A stretch of 43,828 bases of DNA from a virus, in IMG/VR virus record IMGVR_UViG_3300031718_000141, positions 1-43,828 of that record; one strand, given 5' to 3'. The position numbers and the translations under genes are program-made. The notes below the pieces were generated by a model. That model worked only from the letters and a program-made list of their open reading frames with translations. It was not told where the DNA came from and ran no database searches. Shown here in pieces: positions 1 through 6,223 of this stretch; the first letter of the stretch is position 1; every line of letters starts with the position of its first letter.

Positions 1-127
1 TTGCGCTGGGTCTCAAACCTCACCCGTAGTTCCAGCACATCTTGGAAGGCCGGACTCCATCCCCAATCGCCCTTCTTTGGCGGGTCCTTGGCCCATCCGG
101 TCGCAGCCGTCATGCATCCAGCCAACT
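1..127. repeat. Terminal direct repeat, copy A (identical to 43702..43828). Implies a circularly closed assembly with unit length 43701 bp.
   Basis: Read by eye: bases 1-127 (ttgcgctgggtctcaaacc...catgcatccagccaact) recur exactly at 43702-43828. Confidence 0.95.
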
Positions 128-164
128 GACACTCAAGCTGTTCTATCCTCTCTTGGTCGCTCAT
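1..164 (-). CDS. 5' part of a wrap-around hypothetical gene (MSDQERIEQLECQLAGCMTAATGW...). It continues at 43560..43701 and is 101 aa on the circle.
   Basis: ATG at 164-162 preceded by AGGAGG (174-169). The frame runs through the repeat into the 43560..43826 ORF. Confidence 0.6.
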   Translation of the reverse strand, partial: MSDQERIEQLECQLAGCMTAATGWAKDPPKKGDWGWSPAFQDVLELRVRFETQR

Positions 165-212
165 CGTTCCTCCTCGCACTAGCCATGCTTCCTCCGCCAA
201 CTCTCGGTTTGC

Positions 213-443
213 TCAGGTGCCGCGCCGCTCAGCCAGTGCTAGCTTTACGCCAGCTTCCATCTGCTCCCACGTCTCGCGCGGTAATCGGTACTTCATGGGT
301 AGCGCCAGCGAGCACAAGTCGATGAAGTACTTAGCCTCGCTCGGCTCCAACTTGCCGCCAAAACGGATGATGGCAAAACCTCGGATAGCCGTCTGTAAAG
401 CCTTATCTTTCTGGCTGACCGCTTCAATAAATTTAACGCTCAT
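213..443 (-). CDS. hypothetical protein, 76 aa
   Basis: ORF 213..521 trimmed to ATG 443. That ATG has a GGAGGGG SD and an ATGA overlap with the upstream stop. TGA stop. Confidence 0.55.
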   Translation of the reverse strand: MSVKFIEAVSQKDKALQTAIRGFAIIRFGGKLEPSEAKYFIDLCSLALPMKYRLPRETWEQMEAGVKLALAERRGT

Positions 444-979
444 TTCCCCTCCACCGTGCCTGGGAGCTTCTGAAGGGCCTCGCGCACCAGCACAGCACAG
501 GCCAACAAGTGCTGCCCGCAAACAGGGTCACACTTTGGATTCTTAGGGTCCTGCAACTCCGTGCCCCACTTTTCTATTCTGCTCACGGCCTCCGTCAGCT
601 TCGTCACGTCGGGCGCAGCTTTCGGCGGCCAATCATCTGGTGAAATAGGCTGGCGTCCTCCGTGACCCCATACTCCGCTTGTAGCCGTTGATCCTGACGT
701 GGCTGGTAGAAACGTCTGTGGCTCTCGGCTCATGTCGGGCGCAGCGGCGGCTAACGGTGCTATTGCGGCCTTGACATCAGTTAACAGGACGAATTCTCCA
801 AGAGGATTCTCTTCCATTTGGAATTCCCGGCCACTATTTGCCCATCGCCGCAAGCCTCGCAATGCATTGCCGAGCAACTTGACGTCGGGCGCAGCGAGGG
901 GTTGGGAGAGCGCCTCGCTAGGCCGCTCGCTGCACCCGCAGCCTACCCAATCTTCACGTTCTTTCTGCTTATCGCTCAT
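440..979 (-). CDS. hypothetical protein, 179 aa, with three AAPD(V/M) motifs
   Basis: ORF 440..982 (GTG) trimmed to the adjacent ATG 979. TGA stop overlaps the next start. Confidence 0.6.
   Translation of the reverse strand: MSDKQKEREDWVGCGCSERPSEALSQPLAAPDVKLLGNALRGLRRWANSGREFQMEENPLGEFVLLTDVKAAIAPLAAAAPDMSREPQTFLPATSGSTATSGVWGHGGRQPISPDDWPPKAAPDVTKLTEAVSRIEKWGTELQDPKNPKCDPVCGQHLLACAVLVREALQKLPGTVEGK
608..619. repeat. 12-nt exact repeat GTCGGGCGCAGC, copy 1 of 3
   Basis: Same 12-mer at 608, 734 and 884, all in phase inside CDS 440..979. Confidence 0.9.
734..745. repeat. 12-nt exact repeat GTCGGGCGCAGC, copy 2 of 3
   Basis: 126 nt from copy 1. Confidence 0.9.
884..895. repeat. 12-nt exact repeat GTCGGGCGCAGC, copy 3 of 3
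   Basis: 150 nt from copy 2. Copies 1 and 3 share the 14-mer ACGTCGGGCGCAGC. Confidence 0.9.
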
Positions 980-1003
980 CACCCAGCTCCTTCGGTCGGA
1001 CGC

Positions 1004-1180
1004 TCAGGCCCAACTGCCTCGTGCTATGGCTTTCTCGACTGCTTCCTTTGCCGTTGTAGCCTCAACTGTCGCTTCCAAGGGGTCCTGCTGCTTCTTGGTG
1101 AACCAATGCACCATCCAGTTCGGCCCGCCTACGTTGATCGCTCCATAAATTTCGCCGTCGATCGTGAATGTGTCGCTCAT
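1004..1180 (-). CDS. hypothetical small protein, 58 aa (MSDTFTIDGEIYGAINVGGPNWMVHWF...)
   Basis: Hand-translated; below the ORF-track size cut-off. ATGA overlap with the stop of 1177..1344. Fills an otherwise empty gap. Confidence 0.5.
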   Translation of the reverse strand: MSDTFTIDGEIYGAINVGGPNWMVHWFTKKQQDPLEATVEATTAKEAVEKAIARGSWA

Positions 1181-1344
1181 CGGCTCACCACCTTGGTCAG
1201 CCTCGCCAACTCCGCTTCCAGAAAAGCTACGCGCGTTCGCAGGTACTCTCGCTCTTCTTCCAAGGTCTTGATTCTGGCCTCGGCAAAGCCAGTCAAGTTT
1301 GCGATTTTAATAGCCACTTTAGCTGCTTCAAGCGTTGCGCTCAT
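1177..1344 (-). CDS. hypothetical coiled-coil protein, 55 aa
   Basis: ORF 1177..1374 trimmed to ATG 1344, which is preceded by AGGAGG. Confidence 0.55.
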   Translation of the reverse strand: MSATLEAAKVAIKIANLTGFAEARIKTLEEEREYLRTRVAFLEAELARLTKVVSR

Positions 1345-1363
1345 CGGCTCGTGCCCTCCTTGG

Positions 1364-1651
1364 TCAATCGCCAATTACTTCGTACCACCACCCATCGCGT
1401 GCGGGCAGCGTGCATTCCGCTAGAACAAGCAGTGACTCGACTTCCCGCTCGGAGACTTCCCTTATGATTCTGAATTTTGCTTTGACCATGCCCCCAACGA
1501 CTATTTTCCCTTTCGAGTGCTCCACATTCCGCGTGGCGACATCGCCGGGCCGGTAGTAATCGTTGAACACGGCGATGGACGAGCCGAAAGCGTCGTTAAT
1601 GCATGTCACCTTGCCGCTGTTGCGCCCGAAGTAAGCCTTGTACTGCTTCAC
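1364..1651 (-). CDS. hypothetical protein, 95 aa
   Basis: ORF track. Its start overlaps the upstream stop (ATGA). TGA stop. Confidence 0.6.
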   Translation of the reverse strand: MKQYKAYFGRNSGKVTCINDAFGSSIAVFNDYYRPGDVATRNVEHSKGKIVVGGMVKAKFRIIREVSEREVESLLVLAECTLPARDGWWYEVIGD

Positions 1652-2373
1652 GCTCCCTCCTTCGTTGGCGCTCCCGGTTGAGCCAGCCGCTCGCTAATTT
1701 GCTCCGACCGTGAAATAACTTCGCTCCATACCTTCTTTTGCTCCGTGGTCATTTGTTCATAACTGTGGAGCGTGTCAGCGTGAATCCAGAGATGTACGAG
1801 CAGCCCTTCTAACGCTGCCTCCCGCGTCCCCGGCGCTCCTTGGGCGGGAGGGGCAGCCGGTGGTCCACCATACCAATCCCAATCGTGGAATGCCTTACCC
1901 TTCCAGATTATTGCTACTACCTTACCGTCAGGACTGAATGCGACTGGTTGTGCAACTTCCGGCGTGCGCCCCGGCTCCCCGACAGGGGTAGTGGCCTGAC
2001 AATAAAGGCGGTACCCATTCAATTTAACTTGGGCGTCTTTCTGGGCCGCATCTAAGTCCGTCCACGCAGAATATGCTTCGGCATCCTTGCTGGGGCTGTG
2101 CTCAAATAATGTTTTGCCATCTTTTGTGCGCGCCAAGGATTTAATGGCAAAATGGAGCCTCTCTAATGAGCGAGCTAGGTTTAGACACATCCGGCCCTCG
2201 TGCGGCGACGCGACAGACGGAGTAGCGAGCGCCACGCGGAAGCGCGTAAGAATCAGCCGCAAATCGTTGCGCGCCTCGCACATTCGGCAATTGCTGCAGC
2301 AATGGTCGCCGCAACGCTCTCCTATCTTGTCTGCTAGTGCTTCCAGCGCCGCCCGCATCTCACTCGTCGTCAT
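1648..2373 (-). CDS. hypothetical protein, 241 aa (N-terminal Cys cluster CGDHCCSNCRMC)
   Basis: ORF track. ATGA overlap at both ends. Confidence 0.7.
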   Translation of the reverse strand: MTTSEMRAALEALADKIGERCGDHCCSNCRMCEARNDLRLILTRFRVALATPSVASPHEGRMCLNLARSLERLHFAIKSLARTKDGKTLFEHSPSKDAEAYSAWTDLDAAQKDAQVKLNGYRLYCQATTPVGEPGRTPEVAQPVAFSPDGKVVAIIWKGKAFHDWDWYGGPPAAPPAQGAPGTREAALEGLLVHLWIHADTLHSYEQMTTEQKKVWSEVISRSEQISERLAQPGAPTKEGA

Positions 2374-2543
2374 GCCCCGGCTCCTTTGCGCCGCTTCGTG
2401 GCTTTCCGTTTAGGTTTGTGCCGCAGCTTCAAAACTCCGTTACAGTGCAGCCCGCCATTGAGCTTTGAAATCCATACGCCTTCGCAACCGCAGTACCGCA
2501 ACGGATGGCCGCAATTTTTATTCGCGCATCGACTTTCGTTCAC
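2370..2543 (-). CDS. hypothetical Cys-rich small protein with a basic tail, 57 aa
   Basis: Hand-translated: VNESRCANKNCGHPLRYCGCEGVW...KPKRKATKRRKGAGA. GTGA overlap upstream and ATGA overlap downstream. Confidence 0.45.
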   Translation of the reverse strand: MNESRCANKNCGHPLRYCGCEGVWISKLNGGLHCNGVLKLRHKPKRKATKRRKGAGA

Positions 2544-2833
2544 TTCTCCGCTCCTTTGAGGAATGCTGCCTTAGCGGCGTTCCAGGCCGCCGATAATTTC
2601 CTCTGCTCAATGCAAAGTTCGCAACCAGCGCCATGGCACATCGTATGGTCCCAATGGCTGTGCCCATAGCCGCGCTTCATCGCATCCCCGGCTTCCACCA
2701 ACTCCGGAAGATGGGCCTCACGGAGCACGATGGCGATAACCGGCGTGGCTGCAAATACCGGCACGTCCAGCATGTTCTGCGACATCAGCTCGTTGGCTAT
2801 CGCTTCGCTGAGATTCAGTACCGCGTCCCTCAT
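2540..2833 (-). CDS. hypothetical protein, 97 aa
   Basis: ORF track. GAGGTG SD before ATG 2833. Confidence 0.65.
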   Translation of the reverse strand: MRDAVLNLSEAIANELMSQNMLDVPVFAATPVIAIVLREAHLPELVEAGDAMKRGYGHSHWDHTMCHGAGCELCIEQRKLSAAWNAAKAAFLKGAEK

Positions 2834-2900
2834 CCGGCACCTCGCTAAAAACTATGCAAAGACCTATAGCTAACGCCCGGCCAGTTCGTTACAGCGTGAA

Positions 2901-3071
2901 TCATTTCGGCGTCCCTTCCGGCAGCTTGATGCGTGCTCGGCGCAGCGGATACTTTTTGTCCAACTCCGCGTAAAAGGATTGCACAACATCCGGCCTGTTC
3001 TGCCGCAGCCAAAGGACGCACATCTGCCTGAAGTCGTTCTGCCTAAGTATTCCTTTTGATTGTTTCTTCAT
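2901..3071 (-). CDS. hypothetical small protein, 56 aa (MKKQSKGILRQNDFRQMCVLWLRQNRPDVV...), probably leaderless
   Basis: Hand-translated. The ATG lies 6 nt after a TAGAAA -10 box and has no SD. Confidence 0.5.
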   Translation of the reverse strand: MKKQSKGILRQNDFRQMCVLWLRQNRPDVVQSFYAELDKKYPLRRARIKLPEGTPK

Positions 3072-3077
3072 GGCTAC

Positions 3078-3106
3078 TTTCTACTATCAATGGAGATTGT
3101 TGTCAA
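3078..3106 (-). promoter_or_regulatory. sigma70-like promoter for a leaderless transcript: TTGACA - 17 nt - TAGAAA, then 6 nt to the ATG
   Basis: Minus strand: TTGACA 3106-3101, TAGAAA 3083-3078, ATG 3071-3069. Same geometry as the 41387..41415 promoter. Confidence 0.5.
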
Positions 3107-3109
3107 GCC

Positions 3110-3469
3110 CTATTTCTTTGTCCAGCGCGTTACCCTGCCATGTGCCGCTACGTGGCAACGGCGGCAGATGAACAGCGTCGATTCCGGTGAGTCATCCCCG
3201 CCTTGCGCCCGCGTTGGCGAATGGTGCAGCTCGCCGGTTTCTTCCGTGATGTTCCGCCCGCAGCGATGCCCGTTGAAGCCATGCACCGGAGCCTCGCAGA
3301 ACCCCCTGCTGCGCAGGAACACCGCGTGCCTCAGCGCCGCCATGTCCAAGCCGAAGAGAAACGTCTGTATCTCCCCGTCCTTCGAGCGCTTCTTGTAGGA
3401 GTTCTTGTCCAGAAACCCAGCCGCCAGCGTTGCAGCGTCATCTTTAAACATTGGCCTACGTCGCTTCAT
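3110..3469 (-). CDS. HNH endonuclease, 119 aa
   Basis: GELHHSPTRAQGGDDSPESTLFICRRCHVAAHG matches the HNH core (HH...GG...N-position...CxxCH..H). TAG stop. Confidence 0.75.
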   Translation of the reverse strand: MKRRRPMFKDDAATLAAGFLDKNSYKKRSKDGEIQTFLFGLDMAALRHAVFLRSRGFCEAPVHGFNGHRCGRNITEETGELHHSPTRAQGGDDSPESTLFICRRCHVAAHGRVTRWTKK

Positions 3470-3834
3470 GCGATAAACTCCGCAAGAAAGGCTTTTGCCC
3501 GCCCGTCCTTGACCTGCTCATTGGTAAACTGCAAGACCCGGTAGCCGTCCATTACAGCCCAATTCAGCTTGTTGTATTCGTCTTCCTGTGGAGAGTCCAC
3601 CTTGCCTGCTTTCGTGCGCCTGCGGGCTTCCTGTGCGCTCCAGTAGCCTCTCCTGTGACCACCTGAGAACTGTCCACCGCTTATTTCGATAGCCAGCCTT
3701 AGTTCTGGTACGTACACATCCAAGCGCCACTGCCTGCCATCGGCGAACTGAAACTCGGTCAGGATTTCCTCCTCGACGCCCAGTTCCGGCAGGATGTGGT
3801 CCACAAGCAACAACTGTGCCTCGCTTAGCTTCAC
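3466..3834 (-). CDS. Vsr/DUF559-like (PD-(D/E)xK fold) endonuclease-like protein, 122 aa
   Basis: WRLDVYVPELRLAIEISGG...H...EYNKLNWAVMDGYRVLQFTNEQV resembles the DUF559/Vsr pattern. GTG start in a GTGA overlap. Confidence 0.5.
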   Translation of the reverse strand: MKLSEAQLLLVDHILPELGVEEEILTEFQFADGRQWRLDVYVPELRLAIEISGGQFSGGHRRGYWSAQEARRRTKAGKVDSPQEDEYNKLNWAVMDGYRVLQFTNEQVKDGRAKAFLAEFIA

Positions 3835-4073
3835 TTGGCCCTCAATTCGCCCTCAAACAAGACGCCACGCTTGAACGTATCCACGAAATAGTGCACCGGC
3901 AGGTTGCCGTAGGCCGGGAATGCCGATGTGACTAGGCCTGAGCCTCTCGTTATAGCCCCGTTGCGCAAGGCCACTCGCCGAAACTTCACCTTGTCGCCAG
4001 TCTTGAACTTCGGCTTTGCTTTCTTCCCTGGATAGGAAGCCTTCAGGTATTTATCCACCTCGTCTCGCCGCAT
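3831..4073 (-). CDS. hypothetical basic protein, 80 aa
   Basis: ORF track. GGAAAGGAG SD upstream of ATG 4073. Confidence 0.6.
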   Translation of the reverse strand: MRRDEVDKYLKASYPGKKAKPKFKTGDKVKFRRVALRNGAITRGSGLVTSAFPAYGNLPVHYFVDTFKRGVLFEGELRAK

Positions 4074-4366
4074 CGCTTGAACTCCTTTCCGCCAGCCAAA
4101 TTAGCCACACGACCAACTTCCCTCACCTGGTGTGGACTTTGACTTTGCTGTGGCTGTTGCCTCTAAGGTTCTAAGCAAACTACAGAGTCGGCCAGCGGCA
4201 GCGACGGTTTTAAGTCCAGTCAGGCAAGCAAACTGTTTTCTAATGGCTCCGCGCGCCAGAGTTGTCCACTCACACGTCGGTCGTGGGCGTGTGTCACCGG
4301 GTAGGCCGTGGCTTTTCTTCCTGCGGAGTGAGGAATACATCGCGTCTTCTGCTGTTTCAAGGATGC

Positions 4367-4458
4367 TCTGTCGCACTGGATTCGAACCAATGTCTCCGAT
4401 GACCCGAGGCTGCAGCTCTCGGCGAGTCGGTGTCCTATCCGGCCTAGACGAACGACCA
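4367..4458 (-). ncRNA. tRNA-like element with tRNA-Glu-like D- and T-arms, an expanded 35-nt anticodon arm and no encoded CCA
   Basis: Hand fold. T-arm ATTGG/TTCGAAT/CCAGT. D-arm GTC/TAGGCCGGATAG/GAC. Acceptor TGGTCGT/GCGACAG has 1 mismatch and 2 GU pairs. Between the arms: CCGA/TCGG plus CCGAG/CTCGG helices and a 9-nt loop AGCUGCAGC. Confidence 0.45.
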
Positions 4459-4521
4459 AATCCCTTGCAAAGAATTTGTTGAGCACCCGTGAGGCAGCAG
4501 AAAACCGATTGACCGCAACTG

Positions 4522-4872
4522 TCATGCCGGGTCACCTGCGAGGCGCACCCTAGCAATTCTACCGTCTTCGGCAAGATGGCACGGCCTACAGAGCCAGAGA
4601 ACTTCCAAGGGCTTTGAGTAGTCGGGGTGATGTCCCTGTGGCTTACATTCTCGACCGCATCTTTCGCAGTGCGAGGGACGCACCAACTTCCCGCTATAAA
4701 GTGCCCAATGGAATTTGTTCCATGCGGCCATCTTCTCTGGATTTTTTTGCTTGCGACGGTGATATTTGCGTAGGTGGTACCCACTGTTTGAACGAGACTT
4801 CCGGGCAACCGCGTTGTAACCTTCTGCGTTGTCCTGACGCCATCGTTCTTGTGGTGTGCGAGTGTCAGACAT
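4522..4872 (-). CDS. HNH homing-type endonuclease, 116 aa
   Basis: HCERCGRECKPQGHHPDYSKPLEVLWLCRPCHLAEDG is a typical phage HNH signature. TGA stop. Confidence 0.8.
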   Translation of the reverse strand: MSDTRTPQERWRQDNAEGYNAVARKSRSNSGYHLRKYHRRKQKNPEKMAAWNKFHWALYSGKLVRPSHCERCGRECKPQGHHPDYSKPLEVLWLCRPCHLAEDGRIARVRLAGDPA

Positions 4873-5058
4873 GCTTTTGTGTTACACCCTTCATTGCACT
4901 GCGCAACGAGTGAAGGCCGTAGACGCCGGAAACGATATGGGATTGCATTTTGAACCGTAGCGCTTCTAACGGAAACAGCTGGTGCGGCCCGAAACGGGCT
5001 ACGGTTCAAAGGTAGGTACGCCTCGAACCGCACCGGAGAGCATGTTCCCGCTGCGGAA

Positions 5059-5087
5059 AATTTATCCTGCATCTCTTTTCCTGTCAA
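5059..5087 (-). promoter_or_regulatory. sigma70-like promoter TTGACA - 17 nt - TAAATT, upstream of a structured ~180-nt leader
   Basis: Minus strand: TTGACA 5087-5082, TAAATT 5064-5059. It sits in an otherwise non-coding gap. Confidence 0.45.
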
Positions 5088-5210
5088 GCCAAAGTTTTGA
5101 ACGTTTCAGAGAGCAGGCGCGGCACTCGCGCGTCCCATTTTTTCTTAGGTAGAGATTCTTGCCAGACAGCCGATGGCCTCTGGAGCACTTCTCACTTTTG
5201 AGAGCGCCCA

Positions 5211-5828
5211 TTAGACCAGCTTTCCGTCTGTCAGTTCAGCGAGAAACTCGCGTTGCAACGCGCCCATTTTGTCTTCTTGCTCGACAACCTTGCCAATCAT
5301 GGCGACTAGCCAAATGCGGTCGCCTTTCCACTTGTCAAGTCTGTAAGTGGCATGTAACGTTCCGGCACTACAGAGATTCAATGGGCCGGGAACGGTCTGG
5401 ACAAGACCAACATGGGCAGCGGTACCAGTTCCGCCATTCGCCGGTTTCCCGTCTTTGTCGGATTTCCAGTAGGCCAGCTTTGCGCCTTCGCGGAGCAGCT
5501 TTTTGGCTCTAGCTTTGCGTTCTTTCGGCAGCATGGCTAGGAAACAAACAGTAGCTTCCTTTAAGCCGTCGCCGTCGCCGTAGCCGTAGCCGGAGCCGTA
5601 GCCGTAGCCGGAGCCGGAGCCGTAGCCGTCGCCGTAGCCGTAGCCGTCGCCGTAGCCGTAGCCGTCGCCGTAGCCGTAGCCGGAGCCGGAGCCGTAGCCG
5701 GAGCCGTAGCCGTAGCCGTAGCCGGAGCCGGAGCCGTAGCCGTAGCCGTAGCCGGAGCCGTAGCCGTAGCCGTAGCCGGAGCCGGAGCCGTCGCCGTATG
5801 TCAGAGTGCCCAAGGGGACTTCTCCCAC
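5211..5828 (-). CDS. Gly-Tyr repeat protein, about 205 aa: N-terminal (X-Gly)39 array plus a C-terminal globular domain containing LCSAGTLHAT
   Basis: ORF track. Only non-ATG starts are available (GTG 5828, or TTG 5813 with a GGGAG SD). TAA stop. The repeat is in frame with a normal-looking C-terminal domain. Confidence 0.6.
   Translation of the reverse strand: MGEVPLGTLTYGDGSGSGYGYGYGSGYGYGYGSGSGYGYGYGSGYGSGSGYGYGDGYGYGDGYGYGDGYGSGSGYGYGSGYGYGDGDGLKEATVCFLAMLPKERKARAKKLLREGAKLAYWKSDKDGKPANGGTGTAAHVGLVQTVPGPLNLCSAGTLHATYRLDKWKGDRIWLVAMIGKVVEQEDKMGALQREFLAELTDGKLV
5565..5798 (-). repeat. Tandem 6-nt periodic repeat (GGC TAC / GGC TCC / GGC GAC units) encoding (X-Gly)39
   Basis: Plus strand reads gccgtagccgtagccggagcc... 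for about 234 nt. Confidence 0.95.
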
Positions 5829-6085
5829 TTCTCAGTAGCTTCTGCGGTGACTTCGGAAACAGAAGTTACATCCGTAAGGGTGAGCTTTGGAACCTTCGGG
5901 CCAATCTTGCATGAACTGGATGGGCCGTTCGCGGCAAGGCCAAGAAAGCCTTTCACGTCGGCAGACCAATACACACAATTGCGAGCATTGCTGATGGTGA
6001 TGGACTTGTCCTTTACGCCTACAGATGCGTAGCCGAAGAACACGCCTCGATGAACTGTTGTAACGAGCACTGCTTGTTCCTTCAT
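5801..6085 (-). CDS. conserved-looking phage hypothetical protein, 94 aa (MKEQAVLVTTVHRGVFFGYA...)
   Basis: ORF 5801..6184 trimmed to ATG 6085, which is preceded by AGGAGG. TGA stop. Confidence 0.7.
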   Translation of the reverse strand: MKEQAVLVTTVHRGVFFGYASVGVKDKSITISNARNCVYWSADVKGFLGLAANGPSSSCKIGPKVPKLTLTDVTSVSEVTAEATEKWEKSPWAL

Positions 6086-6107
6086 TGTGAGGGAACCTCC
6101 TGAGCAA

Positions 6108-6136
6108 ACCTTACGATAAATACGTTTTCGTGTCAA
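6108..6136 (-). promoter_or_regulatory. sigma70-like promoter TTGACA - 17 nt - TAAGGT
   Basis: Minus strand: TTGACA 6136-6131, TAAGGT 6113-6108. Followed by an AGGAGG SD and ATG 6085. Confidence 0.45.
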
Positions 6137-6223
6137 GCGAATAATTCGTTTAGTAGATTCTACAGCATCTCCCCGACTTGACATCTCGCTCGCCCGGCTG
6201 TGAAACTGGCCCCGCTATGCAGC

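Noticed and set aside
5016-5033. T-arm-like hairpin (GTGCG-GTTCGAGG-CGTAC on the minus strand), considered as a third tRNA.
   Set aside because: No matching acceptor stem, D-arm or anticodon arm could be built. There is too little sequence between the promoter and the hairpin.
4101-5087. 328-aa minus-strand ORF, the longest open frame in the early region.
   Set aside because: Its start is the TTG of a TTGACA promoter box. It runs through the structured leader, overlaps the well-supported HNH gene (4522..4872) in another frame, and translates the tRNA-like element. Its composition is R/S/T/C-rich and its third-position GC is not elevated as in real genes here. The stop-free length is statistically odd, but it is best explained by GC-rich structured RNA plus an overlapped gene.
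5565-5798. The GY-encoding tandem repeat, considered as a CRISPR array or non-coding satellite.
   Set aside because: The period is 6 nt with no spacers. The repeat is in frame with a normal C-terminal domain, and the stops in the other frames are consistent with coding.
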